64,000 nucleotides of DNA. It comes from Clostridia bacterium. Lineage in GTDB: Bacteria > Bacillota > Clostridia > Oscillospirales > CAG-272. The position numbers and the translations under genes are program-made. The stretch lies in contig JAFQEG010000041.1 in assembly GCA_017399145.1 (NCBI GenBank), positions 3,323 through 67,322 of the forward strand. The letters are read 5' to 3'. The notes beneath the pieces were generated by a model, which worked only from the letters and a program-made list of their open reading frames with translations, had not been told where the DNA came from and did not search any database. Positions 26,787-35,628 of this stretch are shown in pieces (positions within the stretch are counted from its first letter, which is position 1; every line of letters begins with the position of its first letter).

Positions 26787-28004
26787 ATGAGAAACGCAAT
26801 CGTTGGACAATCAGGTGGACCTACGTCAGCTGTAAACGCAACCCTTTCAGGAGTAATCAAAGCTTGCGCTAAAAGCGAAAAAATAGACAAGCTATATGGT
26901 ATGAAAAATGGAATTGAAGGGTTACTTTTAGGCGAGGTAGTAGATTTAAGCTATTTGTATGGGGACGAAAAAGGTCTTTCACATTTAGAAAACACCCCTG
27001 CAAGCGCCCTTGGGTCTTGTAGAAAGAGATTGCCTAGCTTAGATTGTGACACCTCTGTTTACGATAAGCTATTAGATATTTTAAAGGAATACAAAATTGG
27101 TTATTTCTTCTATATCGGTGGAAATGATTCAATGGACACAGTTAAAAAGCTAAACGAGTACGTAAATAAAAAGGGCGTTTCTCTTGTCGTTGTGGGTATT
27201 CCTAAAACAATTGATAACGACCTAGTAATAACAGACCATACGCCTGGCTACGGCTCAGCATCTAAATTCATTTCAACAACAATAAAGGAAATTGCCTGTG
27301 ACTGCTCAGTTTACCGTGTGAACGCAGTTACCATTGTTGAGCTAATGGGTAGAGATGCAGGGTGGTTAACTGCCGCTAGTGCCGTGCCAAAGCATTTTTG
27401 CGGACTGGGGGCAGACCTTATATATCTACCTGAGGTCCCATTCTATGAGGACAAGTTTATAGACGACGTTAAGAAAGCATTAACAAAGCGTCCCTATGTT
27501 GTCGTAGCAGTTAGCGAGGGCGTAAAATACGAAAACGGTGAATACGTTGGAGCAGGCAAGCAAAGTGGTGCAACTGATGCATTCGGTCACAAATATTTAG
27601 CAGGCACTGCAAAGCAGCTAGAAGCACTTGTAAAGGAGCAAATCGGCTGTAAGGTCCGTTCAGTTGAGCTAAATTTACCACAGCGTTGCTCAGCTCATAT
27701 CTTGTCTAATACCGATATTGAGGAATCAATCGGTATAGGTGCCTATGCGGTAAGACTAGCAGAAAACGGTCAAGGTGGCAAAATGGCTACTATGGTAAGG
27801 ACAGAGGGCGAGTATAAGATTGAATATTCCTACACTGATGCCTCACAGGTAGCTAACAAGGTTAAGCTTGTGCCTAGACGTTTTATAAATGAAGAGGGCA
27901 ACAACGTAACCGAGGAATGTATAAATTATATTGCACCATTGATTATGGGCGAAAGAAAAATAGAATACGAAAATGGTATGCCTGTTCATTTTAGAATAGG
28001 TTAA
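26787..28004 (+). CDS. pfp: Pyrophosphate-dependent phosphofructokinase (PPi-PFK type)
   Basis: GQSGGPTSAVN, IGGNDSMD (Asp where ATP-PFKs have Gly) and GIPKTIDNDL (Lys where ATP-PFKs have Gly). Confidence 0.8.
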   Translation: MRNAIVGQSGGPTSAVNATLSGVIKACAKSEKIDKLYGMKNGIEGLLLGEVVDLSYLYGDEKGLSHLENTPASALGSCRKRLPSLDCDTSVYDKLLDILKEYKIGYFFYIGGNDSMDTVKKLNEYVNKKGVSLVVVGIPKTIDNDLVITDHTPGYGSASKFISTTIKEIACDCSVYRVNAVTIVELMGRDAGWLTAASAVPKHFCGLGADLIYLPEVPFYEDKFIDDVKKALTKRPYVVVAVSEGVKYENGEYVGAGKQSGATDAFGHKYLAGTAKQLEALVKEQIGCKVRSVELNLPQRCSAHILSNTDIEESIGIGAYAVRLAENGQGGKMATMVRTEGEYKIEYSYTDASQVANKVKLVPRRFINEEGNNVTEECINYIAPLIMGERKIEYENGMPVHFRIG

Positions 28005-28019
28005 AATAAAGGGGAAATT

Positions 28020-29504
28020 ATGTATAAAATAGGATTTGACAATAATAAGTATTTAAAGCTACAATCCGAGAAAATCAAAGAAAGAATTGCACAATTCGGT
28101 GGCAAGCTTTACCTAGAATTTGGAGGTAAGCTCTTCGACGACTTCCACGCATCAAGAGTTTTGCCAGGCTTCGAGCCAGATAGCAAAATTAGAATGCTAA
28201 CTGAATTAAAGGACCAAGCAGAAATAATAATTGCCGTAAACTCTGCCGATATAGAGAAAAACAAGGTAAGAGGTGACCTAGGTATTACCTACGACCTTGA
28301 TGTTTTGCGTCTTATTGATGCATTCCGTGGCTTCGGCTTGTACGTTGGTAGCGTAGTTTTGACTAAATATGATGCAAACTCAGGAGTTGAGGCATTCAAA
28401 ACAAAGCTTGAGGGATTAGGCATTAAGGTTTATAAGCACTACCCAATCAAAAATTATCCTTATGACATTGATTACATAGTAAGCGACGAGGGCTATGGCA
28501 AAAACGATTTTATCGAAACTGAAAGACCTTTAGTCGTAGTAACTGCACCAGGTCCCGGAAGTGGAAAAATGGGCACCTGCCTTTCCCAAATTTACCACGA
28601 ATATAAAAGAGGCATTAGCGCAGGCTATGCTAAATTTGAAACCTTCCCTGTGTGGAATATTCCCCTATCCCACCCAGTAAACGTAGCCTACGAGGCAGCA
28701 ACTGCAGACCTAAACGACATAAATATGATTGACCCATTCCACCTAGAAAATTACGGAATTACCTCTGTAAACTATAACAGAGACGTAGACATTTTCCCTG
28801 TGCTTCGTGCAATGTATGAGGGAATTATGGGTAAGTGTCCATATAAGTCCCCAACAGATATGGGTGTAAATATGGTTGGTTACTGTATTTTCGACGATGA
28901 GGCTGTAAGAAATGCGGCTAATAACGAAATAATAAGAAGATACTACAATGCACTTTGTCAACAAAGAAAGGGCAACCTTTGTGAGGAAGAGGTAAACAAA
29001 ATCAAATCTCTTATGACTCAAAGTGGAATCAATGCAAAGCAGAGAAAGTGCATTCAAATGGCGCTTGAAAAGGCACAGGAAACAGGTGCACCTGCTGCTG
29101 CAATTGAATTAAAGGACGGAAGAGTAGTTACAGGTAAAACCTCGTCACTACTTGGCGCTTCCTCAGCTGCACTTATAAACGCAGTAAAGGCAATTGCAGG
29201 AATTGATAAGGACGTAGATATTATATCTCATCAGGTTTTGGAGCCTGTGCAAAAGCTAAAGATTGAAAATCTTGGTAACCATAACCCAAGACTCCATACC
29301 GACGAGGTGCTAATTGCACTAGCAATCACCGCCGCAACAGACGACACAGCAAAAAAAGCTATGGACGCACTAAAGGAATTAAAGGGCACAGAGCTTCATT
29401 CCTCTGTAATCCTTTCTCCGGTTGACACCGCAACCTTTAGAAAGCTAGGCGTAAACCTAACCTGCGAGCCTGTATATCAATCCAAAAAGCTATATCATGG
29501 TTAA
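28020..29504 (+). CDS. DUF1846 (UPF0371) family protein
   Basis: The N-terminus GFDNNKYLKLQSEKIKERIAQFGGKLYLEFGGKLFDDFHASRVLPGF matches my recollection of UPF0371. Confidence 0.75.
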   Translation: MYKIGFDNNKYLKLQSEKIKERIAQFGGKLYLEFGGKLFDDFHASRVLPGFEPDSKIRMLTELKDQAEIIIAVNSADIEKNKVRGDLGITYDLDVLRLIDAFRGFGLYVGSVVLTKYDANSGVEAFKTKLEGLGIKVYKHYPIKNYPYDIDYIVSDEGYGKNDFIETERPLVVVTAPGPGSGKMGTCLSQIYHEYKRGISAGYAKFETFPVWNIPLSHPVNVAYEAATADLNDINMIDPFHLENYGITSVNYNRDVDIFPVLRAMYEGIMGKCPYKSPTDMGVNMVGYCIFDDEAVRNAANNEIIRRYYNALCQQRKGNLCEEEVNKIKSLMTQSGINAKQRKCIQMALEKAQETGAPAAAIELKDGRVVTGKTSSLLGASSAALINAVKAIAGIDKDVDIISHQVLEPVQKLKIENLGNHNPRLHTDEVLIALAITAATDDTAKKAMDALKELKGTELHSSVILSPVDTATFRKLGVNLTCEPVYQSKKLYHG

Positions 29505-29507
29505 AAC

Positions 29508-29540
29508 AAAAATCCGTGTGAATTTCACACGGATTTTTTT
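29508..29540. terminator. Bidirectional terminator; left copy of a 33-bp exact direct repeat
   Basis: AAAAATCCGTGTGAATTTCACACGGATTTTTTT, identical to 31959-31991. Serves DUF1846 (+) and the XRE gene (-). Confidence 0.9.
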
Positions 29541-29826
29541 ATTGATATTTTTTAATTATGCTTTTTAGGTCCTTGAGCATTGAAAGGTCGTTTTGACTAA
29601 GTCTTGAGTATTCATTAAGGCAGAGAAGACTGTCGGCACTAAGATTTAATATTTCACATATTCTTTTCAGTTGCTCTAAGCTAGGCTCTTGAATATCTCT
29701 TTCGATTTTCGAATATCCAGATTGGCTCATTGGAATTTTTTCGGCAACGTATTCCTGAGAAAAATCTAAATCCTCACGTGCATTTCGTATTTTTTCACCG
29801 ATTTTCAACAAACTCACCACCTTCAA
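29539..29826 (-). CDS. XRE-family helix-turn-helix transcriptional regulator
   Basis: IGEKIRNAREDLDFSQEYVAEKIPMSQSGYSKIERD is a classic Cro/CI-type HTH. The start is non-ATG. The listed TTG is at 29826, but the TTG at 29808 behind AAGGTGG is more likely. Confidence 0.85.
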   Translation of the reverse strand: MKVVSLLKIGEKIRNAREDLDFSQEYVAEKIPMSQSGYSKIERDIQEPSLEQLKRICEILNLSADSLLCLNEYSRLSQNDLSMLKDLKSIIKKYQ

Positions 29827-29832
29827 TAGAAG

Positions 29833-29884
29833 TATATCATTTTCGAATAAAAATATTGACTTTTATTCGAAAATGATATATAAT
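29833..29884. promoter_or_regulatory. Perfect 20-bp inverted repeat (operator) overlapping a consensus promoter
   Basis: TATATCATTTTCGAATAAAA (29833-29852), 8-nt spacer, TTTTATTCGAAAATGATATA (29861-29880). The -35 TTGACT is at 29856-29861 and the -10 TATAAT at 29879-29884, with a 17-nt spacer. Confidence 0.8.
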
Positions 29885-29954
29885 TAAGGCGAATATAATA
29901 AAATAGAATAATTTTATTTAAAATATTCAATTTTAGAAAAGGAGAAGGTGAATA

Positions 29955-30686
29955 GTGGATAATAATCATGAGATCATTTCACATATTTCCATAAAAAGCA
30001 AATATGTAAATACAGTTGAATTATATTTTGGAGATAAAGTAGATAAAGATTTTTTAGCCTACATTAGAGACTACAAAAATTTAAATGTAAATGTAGTGAA
30101 AGAAGTGGGCGAAATGAAAGAGTATAATATAACATTCTGTTATTCAGGAGTTAATTATCAGGTCCCATATGGCAAAGATGGAGAAGAGCTTGAAATAAAT
30201 CACAAATATTTTGCTGGACAAAAGGAGGCGAACTTCAAAGTTCCGTTTGGTCAACACTACAAGGATAAGCAAAAATCTGAGGTTGATAGCGGACGAAGAA
30301 AAGCGTTAGGACGTGTGAGATTAGCACCCATAACCTTCGGTATATGCCTTCCTATTGTAGTGATATTTTGGATAATGGCATTGACTATAGCGTCCTCAAT
30401 TGACCCAAGTAAAATGACGTCGCACGCTTCAATGATTATGGAAGGTGGATTTGTGGCAAGCTTTTTTATAGCAATTGCAGGCTTGGCTTTTACAATAAGA
30501 AGTGTTAAAGCAAGAAAGAGAATTGAAAAGGTAGCTAATGATTTGAAAAATCAAATAGACAATCAGGTTGACATAACCACATATAATTTACATAGCATAG
30601 GTGGATATAGTAGATTGTCTGCAATTGCTAACGTTATATCAGTAATTATTTCTATTGTTGTATTTATAGTGATTAAATCAATTTAA
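29955..30686 (+). CDS. Membrane protein, unknown function (soluble ~115-aa N-domain plus 3 TM helices)
   Basis: GGAGAAGG RBS, 5 nt, then GTG at 29955. TM segments are ITFGICLPIVVIFWIMALTIA, GGFVASFFIAIAGLAFTI and AIANVISVIISIVVFIVI. Confidence 0.6.
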   Translation: MDNNHEIISHISIKSKYVNTVELYFGDKVDKDFLAYIRDYKNLNVNVVKEVGEMKEYNITFCYSGVNYQVPYGKDGEELEINHKYFAGQKEANFKVPFGQHYKDKQKSEVDSGRRKALGRVRLAPITFGICLPIVVIFWIMALTIASSIDPSKMTSHASMIMEGGFVASFFIAIAGLAFTIRSVKARKRIEKVANDLKNQIDNQVDITTYNLHSIGGYSRLSAIANVISVIISIVVFIVIKSI

Positions 30687-30710
30687 TATTTTCAAAAGGA
30701 GAAAAATAAT

Positions 30711-31958
30711 ATGGCATTTTGTTCAAATTGTGGTGCTGAGGTTTTTGGAAAATTCTGCTCTAATTGTGGAAACAATTGCGGCAATGAGCAAGATCTAGTA
30801 AGGTCTCAAGAAGGAAGACAAAATGAAAATATCAAGGAAACTATTAACAAGCTTTATACATTAAGAGCAGGTATTTCTTGCTCAGTGCAAGAAAAGGAAA
30901 AATACGAAAAAATCAGGGATAATATAAAAGTATGTATAGATAATACAGAAAAAGAAATAAAGGAAAAAGAGGGGGAAGTGTTCGATAATAAAGGTTATAT
31001 TTTGTCTAGAAAAATGATTTCTGCCAAAAATCCCTCGGAAAAACTAAAAAAATTGCAGGATAGAATTGAAGGCTATGAAAAAGAAGCAGAAAGATACAAT
31101 AAAATAACTATTACACTTTATGTTATAGCAGGTATACTTGTTGCTTTTGCTGCGTTTATTATGTTGGGAGGATACATGGTGTTTATGCCTCGATCTGGTG
31201 GTGAGCATTGGCTTATCATAATTCCTTGTGCTATTGTAGCTGCGATTGTAGGATATACCGGTATGCTAAAATTTTTACCGAAAAAAGAACAAGCTCAAAA
31301 TAATGCATATAATCTCAAAAGCGGAGAAGAATATAAGAAAATTTCAAAAGAAATTAGTATAGCCTCTAATGCAAAAAATGATATTAGCTATGCGGAAAAT
31401 AGTATAAGAGAGCTTGAGAATCAATTGTCTGTCTTGAATGCATCAAAATCAAAGGAATGTGAAAGATTAAAGCGCGAGCCTATTCCACATTTAATATGTG
31501 CAAACGGAATTTATGATGTACTAGTTAGAGAATATTCAGCGCTTATCGACACCCGTGACTGGGCAAATCTTGACCTTGTAATTTTCTATTTTGAAACAGG
31601 CAGAGCAAAAAGCATGCAAGAGGCTTTACAGCTAGTTGACAGACAAAGACAAAACGATAGAATTGTAGAGGCAATAAATGAAGCATCTTATCAAATTTGC
31701 AATACAATCAATGCAGGAATTGAGCATATACAAAATGTAGTAGTAGGCTGTGCGAAAATTCTATCAACTCAGCTTGATGAAATCGCAAGTCAGCAAAAAG
31801 CATTGGGTAGAGAAATTTCCAACCTACAAATATCTGCAAGTACTATGCAAAACGCACTAAAGGCAAAATCAAACGTATCAAGTAATCAATTAGCAGAGGA
31901 TATTCATCAAATGCGCATTTACGCAGAAAATGAAGCTATAAGAAAACGCAATTCGTAA
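30711..31958 (+). CDS. Zinc-ribbon / coiled-coil / 2-TM protein, unknown function
   Basis: AAAGGAGAAAA RBS. N-terminal CSNCGAEVFGKFCSNCG (CxxC-x8-CxxC), a Lys/Glu-rich coiled coil, a TM hairpin (ITLYVIAGILVAFAAFIMLGGY and WLIIIPCAIVAAIVGYTGML), then a ~220-aa helical C-domain. Confidence 0.65.
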   Translation: MAFCSNCGAEVFGKFCSNCGNNCGNEQDLVRSQEGRQNENIKETINKLYTLRAGISCSVQEKEKYEKIRDNIKVCIDNTEKEIKEKEGEVFDNKGYILSRKMISAKNPSEKLKKLQDRIEGYEKEAERYNKITITLYVIAGILVAFAAFIMLGGYMVFMPRSGGEHWLIIIPCAIVAAIVGYTGMLKFLPKKEQAQNNAYNLKSGEEYKKISKEISIASNAKNDISYAENSIRELENQLSVLNASKSKECERLKREPIPHLICANGIYDVLVREYSALIDTRDWANLDLVIFYFETGRAKSMQEALQLVDRQRQNDRIVEAINEASYQICNTINAGIEHIQNVVVGCAKILSTQLDEIASQQKALGREISNLQISASTMQNALKAKSNVSSNQLAEDIHQMRIYAENEAIRKRNS

Positions 31959-31991
31959 AAAAATCCGTGTGAATTTCACACGGATTTTTTT
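31959..31991. terminator. Bidirectional terminator; right copy of the 33-bp exact direct repeat
   Basis: Identical to 29508-29540. Serves the 30711 gene (+) and recG (-). Confidence 0.9.
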
Positions 31992-32012
31992 TGTTTTATC
32001 TACACAGGGTAG

Positions 32013-34148
32013 CTAATTTATAGTATTTGACTTTGCGTTGCACATTGCCTCAACGCGCTCTTTTAATAGTGCGTGACACTCACTAGATAGGTCAGGGTCC
32101 TTTTCCAAAAGTCCCTTTGCGTACTCAAAGGCAGAATGAAGCAATTTAGTATCAGAGCAATTTTTTGCAATACCCAAGTCAAGCTGACCTGACTGTCTAA
32201 CTGATGATGAGGCAGAGAAGAAGTCGCCAGGACCACGCATATGAAGGTCCCTTTCTGCAATTGTATAGCCGTCGTAAATTGTCTTAATTATATTAAGTCT
32301 TTCAACGGACCTTTCGTTTTTGGAATCGGAAACTAAAACGCAATAGGATTGAGTAGCACCACGACCTACACGACCTCTTAGCTGATGTAATTGAGAAAGA
32401 CCAAATCTTTCTGCATTTTCAACAATCATAAGGGTAGCATTAGGTACGTTTACACCTACCTCGATAACTGTGGTAGATACTAAAACTTGGATACGTCCCT
32501 CAGCAAAATCCATCATAATAGCATCCTTTTCCTTGCCCTTCATCTTGCCGTGCAGGAAAGCTATATTATACTCAGGAAACACTTCGTTTTTAAGATGCTC
32601 AGCATACTCAACTGCCGCCTTTAAGGGTGGCAAGCCCTCGTCAAATAGTGATGCAAATGGGTCATAGTCGGAGAAGTTGTCAACATCCTCCTTCTTTTCC
32701 TCAACAGAGGGACAAACAATATAAACCTGATGACCCTCTTCAACCTGTTTTTTAATAAAGCCGTTTAGCCTTGTGCGATAGCCCTCGTCAACCACGTAGG
32801 TATTTACCTTTTTTCTGCCAGGGGGCATTTCGTCAATAAGAGAAATATCAAGGTCGCCATACATCATAAATGAAAGAGTCCTAGGAATAGGCGTTGCACT
32901 CATAACTAGTGTATGACTGAAAAGGCCCTTGTCGGAAAGAGAAGAGCGTTGCTTTGCACCGAAACGGTGTTGCTCGTCGGTTATAGCAAGAGCTAAATTC
33001 TTAAATTCAACTCCGTCTTGAATAAGTGCGTGTGTGCCAATTATAAATTGAATTTCACCTGATTTTAGCTTGGCAAGTGTCTGATTTTTCTCTTTTCTTG
33101 AGGTTGAGCCGGTCAAAAGCTCACAACTAATTTCTAGCTTTTCAAAAAGAGGCTTCATAGACTCATAGTGCTGAGTTGCCAAAATTTCAGTAGGTGCCAT
33201 AAGTGCGCATTGATAACCATTTTTACAGGTGATGTATGCGCTAGTCGTTGCAATTAAGGTTTTACCGCTACCAACGTCACCTACAACAATTCTATTCATA
33301 GCGACACGTCTGCCCGTGCCATCAACGTCGCACATATCCCCTTCAATTTCCTTAATAGCCTTTTTCTGTGCATTGGTTGGAGAATAAGGTAAAAGTGCAA
33401 GCAATGGTGAGCAATCAACGTCAAAAAGTGCAGGGGCGTGGCTGTTTTTGTGTACTGTTTTAATTTTAGAAAGAGAAAGTGCAAATAAAAATAGCTCGTC
33501 AAAGGTAAGCCTTTTTATAGCTCTTTCTAGTGCGTCCTCGCTACTAGGTGCATGAATGTTTTTAAGTGCGGTTTGTAGAGTAGGAAGCGAATAATCAAGT
33601 CTTATATCCTCTGGCAAAAAGTCCTTTACCATAGTAGGCACGCTTGCAAGAATTTCCTCTTGTAGCTTTGCAAAAAGCCTTTGATTCATACCGTGGAACA
33701 AAGGATAAACAGGAATTAGTGGGTCAAGCGTCTTAATAGGTGAAATTGGCTCATAGGACGGGGAAGTCATATACAGAGTACGCTTTTCTCGAGTTACCTT
33801 GCCCCAAAATCTAAAGGTGGCACCCGTGTGGAAAACATCACGTAGGTAATTTTGATTAAAGTAGGTTATATTTACCTTGCCGGTATCGTCAAAGGCACGA
33901 AACTTCAAAAGTGTCATTCCTCTTTTCACCATAGCAACCGTCGGCTCGCTTGCAACTGTCAATATGTAGGAATGATATTCCTCGTAGCAATCCTCGTTTG
34001 CAAGCTCCTTAACGTCGCCTCTATTTTGGTATGCCCTAGGAAAATAGTAAAGCATATCATTTACAGTAAAAAGTCCGGCAGAGTGTAGGACTTTTTCTAT
34101 TTTATCGCCTACACCGTATAGGTCCTTAACTGGTGAATTTAATTCCAT
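32013..34148 (-). CDS. recG: ATP-dependent DNA helicase RecG
   Basis: Wedge-domain N-terminus, Walker A GDVGSGKT, DEQHRFG and QLRGRVGRG; 711 aa. Confidence 0.93.
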   Translation of the reverse strand: MELNSPVKDLYGVGDKIEKVLHSAGLFTVNDMLYYFPRAYQNRGDVKELANEDCYEEYHSYILTVASEPTVAMVKRGMTLLKFRAFDDTGKVNITYFNQNYLRDVFHTGATFRFWGKVTREKRTLYMTSPSYEPISPIKTLDPLIPVYPLFHGMNQRLFAKLQEEILASVPTMVKDFLPEDIRLDYSLPTLQTALKNIHAPSSEDALERAIKRLTFDELFLFALSLSKIKTVHKNSHAPALFDVDCSPLLALLPYSPTNAQKKAIKEIEGDMCDVDGTGRRVAMNRIVVGDVGSGKTLIATTSAYITCKNGYQCALMAPTEILATQHYESMKPLFEKLEISCELLTGSTSRKEKNQTLAKLKSGEIQFIIGTHALIQDGVEFKNLALAITDEQHRFGAKQRSSLSDKGLFSHTLVMSATPIPRTLSFMMYGDLDISLIDEMPPGRKKVNTYVVDEGYRTRLNGFIKKQVEEGHQVYIVCPSVEEKKEDVDNFSDYDPFASLFDEGLPPLKAAVEYAEHLKNEVFPEYNIAFLHGKMKGKEKDAIMMDFAEGRIQVLVSTTVIEVGVNVPNATLMIVENAERFGLSQLHQLRGRVGRGATQSYCVLVSDSKNERSVERLNIIKTIYDGYTIAERDLHMRGPGDFFSASSSVRQSGQLDLGIAKNCSDTKLLHSAFEYAKGLLEKDPDLSSECHALLKERVEAMCNAKSNTIN

Positions 34149-34175
34149 TCTTATCCCCCTTCCTTAATTTGTCTT

Positions 34176-34211
34176 AAAAAGCCTAAACCGATTAAACGAT
34201 TTAGGCTTTTG
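34176..34211 (-). terminator. Rho-independent terminator after glucokinase
   Basis: Minus strand reads AGCCTAAA, loop, TTTAGGCT, then T5. Confidence 0.7.
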
Positions 34212-34216
34212 CGTCT

Positions 34217-35179
34217 TTATAGTCCTAATACTGCTGCGCCAACGATACCAGCATCGTTGCCAAGCTCAGCAATCTTAATTTCTGTGCATTTTGAAGAATC
34301 CTTGTTGTAGGTTTCTGCATAAATCTTTTCCTTGAGTGGTACTAGCAAGTAATCCTTTTCGTTGCACACACCACCACCTATTGAAAGCACGTTAGGTTGG
34401 AAAATGTTAATCATATTTGTAATACCACAAGCTAGGTAAGAAATGTACTTGTCAACAATCTCAGCACCAAGCTCATCTCCCTGCTTCATAGCAGTGAAGG
34501 CAACTCTTGCGTTGCAGTTATCAACGTTTCCACCAATCAATTCCTCGATTTTTGTCTTACGACCCTCTTTTCTAGCTTGCAAAACTGCTTCCTTAGTCAT
34601 ATTTGTAAGACCGGTTGCGGAGCTGTATGTTTCCCAACAACCACGTCTACCACAGGTACATTGCTTTCCGTCCTTTTCAATAACAACGTGACCAAGCTCA
34701 GCACCTGCAAAGTTAAAGCCAGAGTAAACCTTACCATCAAGAACGATACCACCACCAAGACCTGTGCCAAGAGTAATCATAACAGAGAACTTAGCGCCTC
34801 TTGCAGCACCGGCAAGTGCCTCAGCCTTCGCAGCTGCATTTGCGTCGTTTTCGATGTAAACCTTCTTAATTCCCGTGTATTCCGTTAGCAAATCAGCAAT
34901 AGGGAAGTTTTTGAAGGGTAGGTTGTTTGCATACTCAACAACACCGGTTTCAGAGTTTGCTGTACCAGGTGTTGCAATACCTGCGTAAGCAATATCATCA
35001 AGAGTAAGTCCTGCCTCATTAATTAAGTCAAGACAAAGCTTACCCATATCCTTCATAATTTCCTTACCATCTCTGTGTGCAAGGGTAGGAACACTTTTCT
35101 TCTTTATAATTTGGTACTCGTTGTTAACGATACCAGCAGCGATATTTGTACCGCCTAAATCAATGCCTAAATAGTACAT
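34217..35179 (-). CDS. glk: ROK-family glucokinase
   Basis: MYYLGIDLGGTNIAAG start with AAGGAGAG RBS 7 nt upstream. ROK zinc motif CTCGRRGCWE. The listed start at 35230 adds 17 unsupported residues. Confidence 0.88.
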   Translation of the reverse strand: MYYLGIDLGGTNIAAGIVNNEYQIIKKKSVPTLAHRDGKEIMKDMGKLCLDLINEAGLTLDDIAYAGIATPGTANSETGVVEYANNLPFKNFPIADLLTEYTGIKKVYIENDANAAAKAEALAGAARGAKFSVMITLGTGLGGGIVLDGKVYSGFNFAGAELGHVVIEKDGKQCTCGRRGCWETYSSATGLTNMTKEAVLQARKEGRKTKIEELIGGNVDNCNARVAFTAMKQGDELGAEIVDKYISYLACGITNMINIFQPNVLSIGGGVCNEKDYLLVPLKEKIYAETYNKDSSKCTEIKIAELGNDAGIVGAAVLGL

Positions 35180-35526
35180 AGTCAATCTCTCCTTTTTTAC
35201 ATTACCTCTATTATAATATCCAAAAACCACAATGTCAATAGATTCACTTTAATTAACTAAAATTTTTGCCAGAAATTAAAATGTTAACACAATTTTACAA
35301 ATTTTGTTGATTTAGACAAGGTGTCAAAAAACAGCTTATATTTTTGTGCAATATGCATAAAACGATATTTGTAAAAATTTGTCCCTGCCAATCCTTGAAA
35401 GCCTTTGAATTTATTGAGCTGAAGCCACATTTTTACCTTGTTTGGTAAATATGCCAAAAAAACTTTTAGTTTTAATAAAATCTCTTATATAAAGGAAAAC
35501 GTCGAAAAATTGTGGAAAATATCAAC

Positions 35527-35555
35527 TTGACTTTATTTTCCTTATATGTTAAAAT
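35527..35555 (+). promoter_or_regulatory. Sigma-A type promoter of the 7-gene ABC operon
   Basis: TTGACT (35527-35532), 17-nt spacer, TGtTAAAAT (-10 at 35550-35555). Lies about 75 nt upstream of the ATG at 35629. Confidence 0.6.
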
Positions 35556-35628
35556 TACTTTAACCATTTACTCGCCCACGTGCGTATATATATGAGGGCG
35601 GTTTGGAAATAAACACGGAGGTTTTCTT

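Noticed and set aside
29508-31991. Calling the islet a prophage, IS element or integrative element.
   Set aside because: There is no integrase, transposase, recombinase or terminal inverted repeat. Only the duplicated terminator and an XRE gene are present, so it is reported as an islet of unknown mobility.
35180-35230. A 17-residue N-terminal extension of glucokinase in the ORF track.
   Set aside because: The internal ATG at 35179 is preceded by AAGGAGAG and starts at the conserved ROK N-terminus (MYYLGIDLGGTN).
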